A stretch of 63,984 nucleotides of DNA, the filler included, from Octopus bimaculoides (lineage: Eukaryota): the NCBI RefSeq assembly GCF_001194135.2. It is 4 parts of 4 records of this genome, joined end to end, with 100 filler letters (N's around TTAATTAATTAA, not from the genome) between each part and the next. Parts side by side here need not be neighbours in the genome. Positions count along the whole stretch, not along the records: positions 1 to 24,269 come from NC_068982.1; positions 24,370 to 44,521 come from NC_068981.1; 2 more parts are not named here. One strand, given 5' to 3'. Positions within the stretch are counted from its first letter, which is position 1. Every line of letters begins with the position of its first letter. The notes beneath the pieces are model-generated. The model was not told where the DNA came from. It worked only from the letters and a program-made list of their open reading frames with translations, and searched no databases. Below are positions 11,618-25,319 of this stretch, piece after piece. The position numbers and the translations under genes are program-made.

Positions 11618-12000
11618 GTGGAGGCGCAATGGCCCAGTGGTTAGTTAGGGCAGCGGACTCGCGGTCATAGGATCGCCGTTTCGATTCCCAGACCGGGGGT
11701 TGTGAGTGTTTATTGAGCGAAAACACCTAAAGTTCCACGAGGCTCCGGCAGGGGATGGTGGCGAACCCTGCTGTACTCTTCCACCACAACTTTCTCTCAC
11801 TCTTACTTCCTGTTTCTGTTGTACCTGTAATTCAAAGGGTCAGCCTTGTCACACTGTGTCATGCTGAATATCCCCGAGAACTACGTTAAGGGTACACGTG
11901 TCTGTGGAGTTCTCAGCCATTTGCACGTTAATTTCACTAGCAGGCTGTTCCGTTTATCGGATCAACTGGAACCCTCGTCGTCGTAAGCGACGGAGTGCTA
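11618..12000 (+). mobile_element. tRNA(Arg)-like SINE family B, full length with 12-bp TSD
   Basis: Head GGAGGCGCAATGGCCCAGTGGTTAG...GACTCGCGG...TTCGATTCCC; TSD ACTGTTTGAATA at 11606-11617 and 12001-12012; near-identical copies at 41113 and 51913. Confidence 0.92.
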
Positions 12001-12451
12001 ACTGTTTGAATACCTTCCTGTATTCAAACAGTATGAGATTTAACCGACGACGCACAAATGTGTAAATAATTCCCCTGATATATGAAATGTGTTTTCTTAC
12101 GCGTTTCACTGCGGAAAGGAAAAGGGTAAATGATCAAACTTAGCTGCGATTCTATTTCAAATTCTCCTTCTGGCCATAGCGAAATAGAGAACTAATGTTT
12201 TTATAAGCCCACCAAATATGGTAGTATCAGCGAATTGGAAGTCTCAATACACATAATTTTAGTGCTTGTGCTGGCAGCTAATTTAATTAAATATTAATTT
12301 GTGCAATAAGCAGACGAGATATAGAATAAATGCATGCCAGTACTCAAACAGTACAAGATTGAACATTATTTACGCAGCTTCGGTTAAATCTCGTACTGTT
12401 TTCATACAAGCTTACAATTATCGCGTGCGCCTGTGTATGTGTATACACATC

Positions 12452-12497
<46 letters not shown>

Positions 12498-13611
12498 ATA
12501 TGCATATATGTGTGTATGTGTGCGTGTATGTGTGTGAATGTGTGAGTGTAAGTACATTTAAATATCTTTAAAGTATTTCAGCTCTAAAGCTACGGTCATG
12601 CTAGGGCAAAATATATATGTATATATACATATATNNNNNNNNNNNNNNNNNNNNNNNNNNNNNNNNNNNNNNNNNNNNNNNNNNNNNNNNNNNNNNNNNN
12701 NNNNNNNNNNNNNNNNNNNNNNNNNNNNNNNNNNNNNNNNNNNNNNNNNNNNNNNNNNNNNNNNNNNNNNNNNNNNNNNNNNNNNNNNNNNNNNNNNNNN
12801 NNNNNNNNNNNNNNNNNNNNNNNNNNNNNNNNNNNNNNNNNNNNNNNNNNNNNNNNNNNNNNNNNNNNNNNNNNNNNNNNNNNNNNNNNNNNNNNNNNNN
12901 NNNNNNNNNNNNNNNNNNNNNNNNNATATATATATGTATACATACATATATTTATACATACATACATACACACATACCCACAGACAATTATTGGTTTCTT
13001 TTGAATCAAAGAACATTAACGTGAAGAAGCAAATCTTGTACAATGAACTGAAATAGAATATCTTTTATTGAACTCACTGTTTATTTAAATACTGAGGCGA
13101 ATTCGTATAATGCGAAGATGATGTGAAATCATTTTAATCCAATTTCTAATTTGTTTCTGCTTCTCGCTTCATCAGAGCATATGAGAAATTTTAATCGAAC
13201 GATAATTAACTAGGAAAGTTTAAATGAAAAGAAGGAGAAAGACAAAAACAAAGAAGAATATATATCAAAGAAAATGTGGAAGAGAAAAACCGTTGAATAG
13301 CTTAAAGCGAGCGTTTGTTTTTTGTTGAGTTTTGTGTTTTTAAAGCCAATAGATTTTGTTTTGGAAATAAAGCATTAGTAAATGTATTGAAGAATGTCGA
13401 TCAAGAGTGCGAGTCTATATTTAAACTCGAGAAATCTATCTTCCAAATGACTGAGTTAGCGAAAGGTAATAGCTTAGAAAACCTATATGGGATAAAATTT
13501 AAGCATACACATTAGTTTTAGGGTGAATACGTTTAAGTTATGCGATAGCCACTATATACACTCAATTTGTACATCAAGGAGTAATCTTGTACGAAAATTG
13601 AAGAATCTGAA

Positions 13612-13640
13612 CCGGAAGTGAAATGTCTTTCTGAGGTAAG
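13612..13640 (+). promoter_or_regulatory. Candidate ETS-type motif (CCGGAAGTG) followed by strong splice donor GAG|GTAAGG (possible first exon)
   Basis: Motif at 13612-13620, donor GT at 13636-13637; sequence pattern only. Confidence 0.3.
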
Positions 13641-13762
13641 GTGTAGATGAGAGACCACAAACACAGATTCGTAACCTATTCACGCAGATATTAAAGGAAT
13701 AGAGTTGGCGAAGGATTCATTTTTTTAATAAACTGTCATGGTACAGGTCGTAATCTCTTTTT

Positions 13763-13802
<40 letters not shown>

Positions 13803-14330
13803 TTTGAGTTTTCTGTGTAGAAGCATTATTATGCTGAATGGTATCTAAGGTCTTGATATTCTGTTCTAAAAGTGATTTGTATTTTTCCAGTATTTGTCGA
13901 TAGCAAAAATTATGAGAGTATTAATTATATAGTGTGTCAAGTATTTTGTGTGTGCGTGTTTGCGTTCGCGTGCGTGTATGTGTGTATGCGTATGTGTCAT
14001 CTGTGTCTGTATGTACGGCGTAGTGTGTGTGTTTGTTAGTTAGCTATTCATAGATCTTCATCATCTGAATATGTAGTCCTTATTGATTTTCTCTAGAAAG
14101 CAGTTTACCACCAACTTGTATTTCTGTGAGGATTATATGTAGGCATTAGCCTTTTGAATAAAACAGCCCTGAAGGTACCTGAACATTTTGCTATTAACAT
14201 TGTTCGAATATTTCGAGGCACCGTTCACATAGTGACCAGATTGAAACATGTGTAGGCGCCTCTTATACGTATCGTATTTAATTTTAAGTGTGCTGAGCTG
14301 CCTCTTTCTTTCGCTTGTTCACTCATCCAT

Positions 14331-14560
14331 ATATACTCTTTTACTCTTTCACTCTTTTACTTGTTTCAGTCATTTGACTACGGCGATGCTGGAGCACCGC
14401 CTTTAGTCGAGCAAATCGACCCCAGGACTTATTCTTTGGAAGCCTAGTACTTATTCTATCGGTTTTTGTTTTGCCGAATCGCTACGTTACGGGGACGTAA
14501 ACACACCAGCATCGGTTGTCAAGCGATGGTGGGGAGACAAACACAGGCACACAAACACAC
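14331..14560 (-). mobile_element. SINE family A, 3' half
   Basis: Matches 6055-6270 and 22855-23060. Confidence 0.88.
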
Positions 14561-14575
14561 ACGCACGCGCACGCG

Positions 14576-14640
<65 letters not shown>

Positions 14641-14755
14641 TACGGAGATGTACTTGCACAGGAAGTGACCTGATCTGAGATTGTGTGCTGAAACAAAAAA
14701 CAATTACATCGTGGAAGGTGTTTATAGGTCATTTAAAAACACCTTCAACGCTGCA

Positions 14756-14795
<40 letters not shown>

Positions 14796-15580
14796 GACTC
14801 CTTCGTGCAGACAATGATCCCCTTGAGTGAAATACTTCAGAAAACATGGTTTCTGATCTTAATTGATTGCAATTGTGACCATGTATATGTTTTGTCTTGC
14901 TATAAAAGATGAGCTGCAGCAAATTTTCTGCTCAGTGCCGTAGATTGATCTTAACCAATTGAACATGTCCATTGGCGGCCGATGATATGTGCATCTCTGA
15001 TCACGGGAAGAAGTAGTCGAGGAGCATCACAGCCATGTGTTCAGAGGAATTCTTTATGGCTTTTGATCTTAACTGATTGGAAATGTTATCATGTACATTG
15101 TTTTGTCTTGGTATAAAAGATGAGCTACAGCAAATATTCTGCTCAGTACCACAGATTTGCTTGTCAGTTGTTTGACCTTAACCAGTTGAGCATGTCTCTT
15201 GGTGGCTGACGATATGTGCATCTCTGATCACGAGCAGAAGTACTGGGAGGGAGCATCATAACGATGTGTTGAGACGAATTCTTTGGAGTTTGGATAACTC
15301 ACCTCTGGAAACATTGGTGTTTCGTTCATCATCCTTAAAACAAACCTTCTTCAGGGACCTTTTGCACATGGTGGGCTACACGACCAGAAGAAAATTCTAA
15401 GAAAATTGGCCCCCACCTGCAATATGATGCGATGTTTGTCTTGATATGAGATCACCACGTCGTGCACAAACGGTTGCGATGCAGGTGCCTGGTGTACCCT
15501 TATCAGACGAGTAGTCATGGTGGGTATATTGGGCTTCGTATATTTTTACCCCAGTGTCATTTAATGGTATGTGCTGCTTT
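14641..15580. repeat. Unclassified repeat-like segment with internal ~210-bp tandem duplication (14854-15063 / 15064-15290)
   Basis: Two diverged direct copies (TGATCTTAA..GTTTTGTCTTG..ATAAAAGATGAGCT..GATATGTGCATCTCTGATCACG..GAATTCTTT). Confidence 0.6.
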
Positions 15581-15744
15581 CTCTCTCAATAATAATAATA
15601 ATAATGATGATAATAATAATAATAATATATGAGTATGTAAGTGTATATGTACATGTGTGTTAGTAAACTTGTCAGGCCAACGATTAAACACTGTGGCGAA
15701 ACCCGAGAATCCATTCATTGTCTTACATTTTATTGCTTATATAG

Positions 15745-15794
<50 letters not shown>

Positions 15795-16152
15795 TTATAC
15801 ACACACAAACACACACACACACACACACACGCGCACACACAAAGATATATATATATATATATATATANNNNNNNNNNNNNNNNNNNNNNNNNNNNNNNNN
15901 NNNNNNNNNNNNNNNNNNNNNNNNNNNNNNNNNNNNNNNNNNNNNNNNNNNGTGTGTGTGTATATAAAATGTAAAACGTGGAACAACAACGCAAGACAGG
16001 TAATATAAGAGAAGGACAAAGCGTCCAGATAGACGATACAAAGAAAACACGGACGGGTCATTCGGAATTTTCATTCTTCAGTCGAGTTCAAGATTAACTT
16101 TGCAATTTCGTCTGTTTATATTCAAGTTTGCTCAAATCTAGCCAGCCCCAAG

Positions 16153-16192
<40 letters not shown>

Positions 16193-16202
16193 ATATAAAG
16201 TA

Positions 16203-16610
16203 GCAGGTGAGGCTGTTTTGTAGAAAGCTTGCTTCCTAACCACATGGTTCTGGGTCCGGCTCGGCTGCGTGGCACCTTAGGTAAGTGTCTTCTACTATAG
16301 CCTCGGGCCGACCAAAATCGATTGAGTGAATTTGGTAGACAGAAACTGGGAGAAGCCCGTCATATATATGTTCGTGTGTGTGTTTGTGTGTGTTTATGTC
16401 TGTGGTCAGCCACCCCATCCGCCACCATCACTGGACAACCGATGGTGGAATGTATACGTCCCCGAAATCTAGCGGTTCGGCAGAAAAGACCGATAGACTA
16501 AACAACAAGCCTACAACAATTAAGTCCAGGAGTCGATTTCTTCGACTGAAAGGCGGTGCTCCAGTATGGCCACTGTCAATTGTCTGAAACAAGTATATGA
16601 ATAAAACAAT
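16203..16610 (+). mobile_element. SINE family A, diverged full-length copy
   Basis: Head, core and GGCGGTGCTCCAG tail align with other copies. Confidence 0.85.
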
Positions 16611-18399
16611 AAAGAATATTATTCAAGTGTGTGTGCTGTGGGTACGTGTGTGAGTGCGCGCATGAGTGTGTGTTGTTATCGCGCGCGCATTTTTAGAAAA
16701 TGATAAAATACTGGCAAACAGGTGGTCGTTCAACTAATTCTCGTGATATATGTTCTTTATCGTGTTAGACATTGTTTTTTTTTTTTTGTTTTTTGTTTTG
16801 CCTTTTCAATCTCATCTTCAGATATGCCAGTGAATCGGTGATTGGTCAGTAACCAATTATATTGTTTTGCACAAACTACCTTATGAAATAAATAAATAAT
16901 CATATAAAACTAATATGTAAAATAATTGCTTATGTGTGGATGTGTATTGTGTGATATGAGTGGCTACAAGTGTTTGTATGTATGTGTGTACGGATGCGTG
17001 GTAACTAATATTTTAAACTTCTTTTTTTAATATATCTACGCTATCGTCTGTGTCACTGTATTACCGTCTGCGCTACTGTCTTTGTTGTTGCTTGCCGTGT
17101 AATTTACATTGTTATTTTTCCTTTTTCGTTGTGATCTTGTTTTGTATTATTTTGTTGGTGGTTTTCGTTTCCTTCTGTTTTGTTTCGGTTTTTTGTTATT
17201 TGTTTTCATTTTAATTCTTTTTTCTTTTATCAGCTCATATTTTCAGCTGTTCCGGTTCACTGCAAGCCAGCTTAATGATATAGTCAGTGAAACATTATTA
17301 TATTGTTGTTTTCGTTGTCGCTGGTGTTGAGAAGGAGCATTGACTACAAGGTAATTAGTATCCATTTTGAAAGAAAATATAGAAACTTTTAAAATCTATA
17401 TGACTTGAAATTCATTTGAAGATAATATCATTTGATTAATATTTCACTGGCCAAATTACAAATGTTGACACACTACAAATAACAAACAAGATACTCAAGG
17501 GTCCTCTTATATCATGAATGGTGCTCCTGCTACTCATACAGACTTATAAAAACACATCCAAAACGGATTATTCAGCTAATTGGCATGCAGGACCCTAGTC
17601 CACAGTTTTGTTGTTTGACTCTTCGTTTTGGTTATCCAGCCGTTACTATAACGGGTTCTTCTCCTTGGAGCCGGTAGGGCTCACAACACCAGACATTCCT
17701 ATCTCGTCTATGTCGCTTTCTGTTATCACCCTTGTTCCCCGCCTCCACACCAATGCACACACTATTCACTACGCCCTGCCTGGCTGCCTTCGTAGAATGA
17801 TCGTCCTCTAGAATTTCCATCAGGTGTTGTTGCATAAAGGTTCAACAGAAAAATTAACGGTATCAGTCAGTAACCCAGTAAGATTCGCAAAGTCTATAAG
17901 CACTTCCCATTCCTCCAAATACAATTTACAAATTCCTATCTGTACAGCACCTCTTTCGAAATAAATTGCAAGTCTTCTGGTGGTGAGAAAGCAATTTGCA
18001 ATGTCAGGCTCTGTTAAACTAGTGTCTTCAGTAGGTAAAAACGATGATTTTCTCTATCTTTACCTATTATAGTTAGTAAAGTGGATTCTTTCATAATATA
18101 GTAAACAAATAAATGTTAATTAATTTATATGACAACTATAAAACTATAATGAGGAAAAACAATCGTTAAAGTAATAACTAATAATGGGACAAAACAAGAG
18201 AAAGCGCTCGGATTTAAATAAAAATATGTGAATTAAAATAGAATACAGTAGTATGGGAATTTGTTCTTTGGTTTTACAATAACATTGAGCATGTTTTTGT
18301 CTTACGACGGTATGAAGAATGCAAATGTACCGACTTGTACTGATGTAACCATGAAAAATCAAAGTATATTCAATACGTTATTCTTGAGATAAATTACTC

Positions 18400-18560
18400 A
18401 CTGCAAATGGTCCTGCTCTTTTCAATATAATCCCGAAACAAAGTAGAAAAAGACCCAACTTTCAAACGGTACCTGAACAGATTCCTCCGGGAAATACCCG
18501 ATGAACCACCTGGATACATCTCAGCCAAGAACAACTCTCTGCCTGAGTGGTCCGGGGTGT
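18400..18560 (+). mobile_element. 3' end of L2/CR1-group LINE ORF2
   Basis: NGPALFNIIPK..FKR.LNRFLREIPDEP..GY...NNSLPEW resembles the GP.LFN.LP..FK..LD.FL..IPD.P C-terminus. Confidence 0.55.
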
Positions 18561-19039
18561 CCTGAAATAATTAATTAAAAGACTTTTCCATGTGGTACTA
18601 TTGATTTAGTCATGGCCTGGGCCGATAATGGCCCAAAACAATCTAAGTTATCTAAAAGACAACATACAAAGTTATTTTTCTGTTAGCCTTTTAGTCAAGA
18701 CGACAACAGTGTCCAGAACACCTAGTACGGCTTCAGAGACCTGTGACATAGAGGGAATAAATAATTATTAAACTAAAGTCGTAGCTTGAATCTTTGCAGG
18801 AAAGACATTCAAAGTATTATTTAGTGGTACTTATTAAAGTAGGTGACGTTAACCATTCAGCAATGAGTGAACAGTCGAGTAAATGCACAATGTTTTATAG
18901 GGTGACTTGTAAAGTTAAGAATTATGTTAAGCAACCAATGCTTATCAAAGACAATTAGCTTTAAGTGTATCATTACTTATTGGTAGAAGCATTACGAAAC
19001 TTATTTGTATGTATGGTTGTGTGTATATACATATATACA

Positions 19040-19044
19040 AGTGC

Positions 19045-19080
<36 letters not shown>

Positions 19081-19123
19081 CATGTATATATATCGACATA
19101 TATATACACATATACACATACAT

Positions 19124-19200
<77 letters not shown>
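19040..19200. repeat. (TA)n-rich microsatellite
   Basis: Direct read. Confidence 0.95.
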
Positions 19201-19203
<3 letters not shown>

Positions 19204-19510
19204 GCTTAGGTATTTGCGCACGTGTGTATGTCTGTACATGTTTCCCTATTATTCATCTAGAGAAATATGTACATATATAACTATGTGTCTATAAGTATAC
19301 AAACAAACACGCTGAGTGTATAGATAAATATAACAGTAGTTACATATCAACCATAGAAAGCCTTTTTGAAGATTATATATTATGCGCCATATGTTTTACA
19401 AATACAAATGTAATCCGTAACAAAGGAAATCTAGATTTGATGAGAGCGTGTTACACATAAACTTATATATACACAAAATATATACACATAATCACACATA
19501 TATATGACTA

Positions 19511-19578
<68 letters not shown>

Positions 19579-19709
19579 TGTGTGTGTATTCATAACTGTA
19601 TATTTTCATATATAGGATTTTTCCTATATACACGCACATTAGCATATGTTTAGAGATATATACAGATAAATTCTACATACATGCACGTCTATGCACGCAC
19701 GCACGCACA

Positions 19710-19743
<34 letters not shown>

Positions 19744-20604
19744 GCATGTATATGAAATACACAGAAGTAAAAGGAGCAATGTAATGTAATTGTCGATAAA
19801 CAAATAATAAATATAATTGGACAATTAAAGAAGTCGGAAACAAAACTATTGAAAATATATACACTGACATGGAAGTCTCTCCGATTTTTTTTTTCAAGCG
19901 AAGTAAAAGAAATTAAGCATATAACAAAATACCCTCATGTTTACAAGGCATAGAGGAATATATATATANNNNNNNNNNNNNNNNNNNNNNNNNNNNNNNN
20001 NNNNNNNNNNNNNNNNNNNNNNNNNNNNNNNNNNNNNNNNNNNNNNNNNNNNNNNNNNNNNNNNNNNNNNNNNNNNNNNNNNNNNNNNNNNNNNNNNNNN
20101 NNNNNNNNNNNNNNNNNNNNNNNNNNNNNNNNNNNNNNNNNNNNNNNNNNNNNNNNNNNNNNNNNNNNNNNNNNNNNNNNNNNNNNNNNNNNNNNNNNNN
20201 NNNNNNNNNNNNNNNNNNNNNNNNNNNNNNNNNNNNNNNNNNNNNNNNNNNNNNNNNNNNNNNNNNNNNNNNNNNNNNNNNNNNNNNNNNNNNNNNNNNN
20301 NNNNNNNNNNNNNNNNNNNNNNNNNNNNNNNNNNNNNNNNNNNNNNNNNNNNNNNNNNNNNNNNNNNNNNNNNNNNNNNNNNATATATATATATATATAG
20401 TGATAGGAAGGACAACAAAAGAAAGAAAGAGACCTCGATATTATGTAAATAGAGGAGTTTATCTGTAAAACTATTCTGTAGTCATGATAAAACTCCGAGT
20501 TTCGCATGCCCGATAACTGAAGAGATATTGGCGTGGGCTCCCACCCCGGCATCCGAAACTCGGAGTTTTATCATTGTTACCGAATAAGTGTCACATATTT
20601 CTAC

Positions 20605-20677
<73 letters not shown>
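20605..20677. repeat. (AGAT)n microsatellite
   Basis: Direct read. Confidence 0.95.
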
Positions 20678-21085
20678 TGTATGTATTTATATACATATAT
20701 GCCAATATATCGAATGTATTGTTGACAGTCAGGAAGATTGCTATTCATGAGAAAACCAACAGAACATTACTTGTGGACGGATTTAATATTGCGAGTTTGA
20801 TATCCCGATAAAATAATGGTATACTTCATTTATGCAGTGTAAGCTCATCTCAATTACTCTAATGTATAGGATATTTTCAAATGGTCACATAGAAATTGAT
20901 AATTGTTCCTACTAAACCTATCGCATTTATATGTACGTTAAGGTTCGGACTATTTCATATGAGTCTAGTTTAGATCGCTAATGCCGATAATCATCCGCAG
21001 AAAAAACACAGTGGCAAATTTCACAACTGTCTAGTTACCTCTGCAGCATCAACTCCTAAATCATTACCTTAATCAAATGTAATTA

Positions 21086-21284
21086 CAGTAATCCCTCGCC
21101 ATATTGCCGTTCACCTGTGGCGGTTTATTTTTTAAGCTTACGTAGATTCCTTAATAATATAAATATATACAAATTATAAAAATAATTTTTAAAATATACA
21201 GTACAGTACTGTTTCTACTTCGCGGATTTCCACCTCCCACGAGAGGTTTTGGAACGTAGCACACGTGATATCAAGGGATTACTC
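21086..21284. mobile_element. Tigger/pogo-type MITE
   Basis: TA|CAGTAATCCCTCG ... AAGGGATTACTC|TA imperfect TIRs with TA flanks; 199 bp. Confidence 0.7.
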
Positions 21285-21849
21285 TAATTTATAGTCAGCA
21301 CAAATGCTTCAATGTTTTGCAAACTATCTAGGGTTCCTTTAGGTTTCATTTTGTATCATATTGTAGCTTATAGAGGATTCATAATATTTAGCAGGGTAAT
21401 GAAAGTATTGATTCAAATATAAGCTATTCTACGATGATTTTTATACTCTGATACACAGGAGATCATTACATTTAGCGCAGTATACTTCAAATAATACATA
21501 ACGCTGTACATAAGAATGTGAGTGTATGAGATAATGTAAGCTAAGATATATTGTTGTGAGTGATAGTTCTCAGAAAAGAAAATATTTGAATATAGAGTAG
21601 ATTATGTTACAGACAATTATGATGCAAATGGATCTGAAAACAATGTTTATGGGAAGATGAACAATAAAAAAAATGAAATTTGTTTGTGCAGAGCACATTC
21701 CAATCATTTGTTAAAACATATATCATGCTGCAAACAATAAGCAAATGCAATCAATTTGGCGCTTCTACTAGATGCAACAGGTTTCAAGCTCTTCATTATA
21801 CAACTGCATATGATCAGTAGCTATGACCGATAACCAGTTTCCAAAACCG

Positions 21850-22500
21850 TTTAGGACATGCTTTCGGTGTGTTAGGATTATTTTGTTACTATTTCTCTAC
21901 GATTTAACATGGGTAAGTAGCCCGAAGGGTTACTTCTCTGTAAATCCAGAGACACATATCAACTAGAATCAGGGGACAGGTGTATCCAGTTTCGTCTAGA
22001 ATTTGGATGAGCTGAAAGAAGCTCTAAAGTTCGGGTAAAACAGGGAAAACCTACAACGCTCTAGGTGGAAATATCTTAACTCGAGGGTTACCTGATCAGA
22101 TGAGAACTTGTACTAACTTGCCCTTTGTCAAAGAGAAACTTTCCTTGTATCGAGATATTTGTCTATCAATAACATCCATTCAGATGACTGCGGCCTCGAG
22201 ATATTGTGGCTAATTTTCATTAGTGCTGCAGTATCTTATATTTCGAGGAATGATCTGTAGTAAGAATAACTAGGTAGTTATACCTTATTACATCTTTCTA
22301 TGACTGAGCTGCACTCCAAGCTCAAGTGTAGAAATAGCAGGAGCACATAACCAGTCATATCAAGCAGCATTATATAATAATACCTGACACTGCTGTCAGG
22401 AGTGTGTGATACATTTATCTTGTTGAAAATCATCCTTATAGAGGCGACTGAGTCGCCAGTAGTATGCGATAACATATAAAGCATTAAAAACATCGTCTGC
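21850..22500 (-). mobile_element. Decayed Penelope-like RT thumb/endonuclease remnant
   Basis: Fragments HSSKYKILQH, DVIDRQISRYKE, LYPNFRASF, KLDT, MLNRRE in collinear order expected for thumb-linker-GIY-YIG; many stops. Confidence 0.45.
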
Positions 22501-22854
22501 TATGCATTGTTGTATGCATGCAGATCGTTGATCTTTGGTATTTTATGGGCCGATCATTGTTATCTTTATAACGGGCCTTGTAACCATTAAAGTTTATTTG
22601 AAAGAACAGCCCCGTTTCCTTTCTTAAAGAGGCACTGGAGATTCATTCAGCATAATTCAGAGTGCAGAATGATTTGAGATCAAGTATTTTCATGCCCGAG
22701 GAAAATATATGCATGAATGCGTGTCTATGGAGTATGAATATATATATATATATATTGCATCATGCTACTACTAATGAATTCAACTCTCCATGACACTCCC
22801 GGTAATGTCTTGATAGGGATACATATATTTGTTTTGTTATCATCCAAACATATA

Positions 22855-23058
22855 TTACTCTTTTACTCTTTTACTTGTTTCAGTCATTTGACTGTGGCCA
22901 TGCTGGAGCACCGCCTTTAGTCAAGCAAATCGACCCCAGGACTTATTCTTTGGAAGCCTAGTACTTATTCAAACGGTCTCTTTTGCCGAACCGCTAAATT
23001 ACGGGGACCTAAGCACACCAGCATCGGTTGTCAAGCGATGTTGTGGGGACAAACACAG

Positions 23059-23120
<62 letters not shown>

Positions 23121-23280
23121 GACGGGCTTCTTTCAGTTTCAGTCTACCAAATCCACTCACAAGGCTTTGGTCGGCCCGAGGCTATAGTAGAAGACACTTG
23201 CCCAAGGTGCCACGCGGTGGGACTGAACCCGGAACCATGTGGTTGGTAAGCAAGCTACTTACCACACAGCCACTCCTACG
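22855..23280 (-). mobile_element. SINE family A, full length, young (CpG-rich)
   Basis: Complete head to tail; close match to 45605-46075. Confidence 0.92.
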
Positions 23281-24084
23281 CCTATTAGATAATATATATG
23301 ATTTATCTCCAAAAACCCTGGATTAACAATTAGGCGCCAGTTATAAATTGAATTGTATAAATCGTAAATTTAAAGCAAATATATGTTTACACAATTTGAT
23401 GCAGTTGACTACTACTAATCCATAACTAAATATCTGGTAATAATGACCTTTGATTTCACAAAAATTCCACTATATACAAAGAGTAATTCTTGCTAGAAAT
23501 TGTAGTATTTGACAGTAACATATGGATCAAAAACTATAGCGTAGATCTCTTTATCTCTTTCATGAAATCAAATCAGACTCAGAAATTCTGGTGATATTTA
23601 AAACCTAATCGATCAATGTGTGTGTGTATGTGTGGACATTAATCTGCATCCGGTGGAGAGCCTCCAATTCTGGAATTTTAGTGAGCGTGGAGTGAGGTCT
23701 TAATAACCATTACTCCCAGATCCGTTCCAACCCGGAAAAGTAGTACTTGTCAAGGATCTCATTTATCGATTAAATAAAATCCCCAAGCGAATAAGCGGCT
23801 CCCATTGTCTTCGAAGAAGTCGTGGAGAAGGCAGCTCTTCTAAGAGAAGGATACTCTGACAAAAGTGCAACCAAAATAGTACCAGTCATGCTTGTCACAA
23901 TGAAGAGCGAGAGAGTGGGAAAAAGTACAAGTTTTTGTGTCTTAAATCCCAAAAGATATCACTATTCATATGATCATCTCTTAATTCGTTGCGTATTTAT
24001 TCGCGCATGCAAGTATGAAAGCAAATCAGAAAATGAAGCTGAATGTGGGACGACTATTATCCGGAAAGATGAGGCGGCAACCAT

Positions 24085-24123
<39 letters not shown>

Positions 24124-24269
24124 ATATTATTGTTTACAATAATATCAGTGGCTCAGCAAGCGTAAAAACCCACAAAGATTAAAATCATTAATTATAATGA
24201 AGGGTACTACAGGTAATACCAGCATGATAAAACAGCAATCAAAACGACTCAAAAACATAAGTTTTCACT

Positions 24270-24369
24270 NNNNNNNNNNNNNNNNNNNNNNNNNNNNNNN
24301 NNNNNNNNNNNNNTTAATTAATTAANNNNNNNNNNNNNNNNNNNNNNNNNNNNNNNNNNNNNNNNNNNN
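24270..24369. other. Artificial assembly linker N44-TTAATTAATTAA-N44
   Basis: Same 100-bp structure at three sites; the 12-mer gives stops in all six frames. Confidence 0.9.
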
Positions 24370-24879
24370 CTGCGGGCACATAAAAGACATTCTGTTTGTT
24401 TGTCTGTTTGTCCCACAAAGTGAAACTAAAGCCGGACATCATCTCTCTCTGTGATTTTCTTTCTATGTCTCCTCTATTCTCTTTCCCCCTCTATATTCTT
24501 TGTCTGTCTCTCTGCCATGCTACTCCAAAGAGATTCTGTCCCTTTGTTCCGCAAAGTGAAACTGAAACCAAACACTATCTCACCATGATTTTCTTTCTTC
24601 TCTGTCTATTTCCCTCACTTTCTTTCTCTCTCTATTTCTTTCTCTCTCTCTTCCTGTCTCCCTTTCCCTGTCTCCCTTTCCCTCCCTCTTTAATTCTCTC
24701 CTCCTGCTTTCTTTCTGTCTTTCTTTCTTTCTCTCTCTCTTTCCCTCACTAAAAGAACACACACACACACACACACACACACACATCAAACATTACATTT
24801 CTCTGTCAAAATACCCAAGCAAGAATAATAGAACACACACACCTATATATTTTCATGTTTCAGTTATTTAATACTGTGT

Positions 24880-24908
24880 GTATCCTCTCTTTCTGTTTCT
24901 CTCTGTCC

Positions 24909-24956
<48 letters not shown>

Positions 24957-24957
24957 C

Positions 24958-25001
<44 letters not shown>

Positions 25002-25310
25002 TCAGTATCTCATCCGCCTTTCTCTCTCTTTCTTCCTTTCTCCTTTTCTTTCTCTCATTTTCTCTCTCCTTTCTATCTTTCCTTCTCCTATCTCTCCTTG
25101 TCTGTCTTTCTTTCTTTCTCTCTCTTTCCCTCTCTCTCTTTATGTCTCTCTCCTTTTGTTGTCTATTGCTCTCTCTTCCTGTCACTCTTTGCCACTCTTT
25201 CTTTCTTTCTCACTCTCTTTACGTCTCGCTCTCTCTCTCTTCCTGTCTCTCCTTCTGTCTCTTTTTCTCCTTCTGCCTCACTCTTTCTGTCACTCACTTT
25301 CTTTCTGTCA
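24880..25310. repeat. (CT)n / pyrimidine-rich low-complexity tract
   Basis: Direct read. Confidence 0.95.
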
Positions 25311-25319
25311 ATTTCTGTG

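Noticed and set aside
11618-11700. tRNA-Arg gene (also 41113, 51913 and the heads of families A, C and E)
   Set aside because: tRNA-like head continues into SINE body with tail and TSD; the cloverleaf is not intact.
16050-16090. Hammerhead-like motif on minus strand (CTGAAGA...CGAAT GACCCGTC)
   Set aside because: GAAA core is altered to GAAT and helices I and II pair poorly; too weak from one copy.
17600-18000. Possible LINE remnant or small ORFs
   Set aside because: Only one vague motif; no consistent collinear protein signal.
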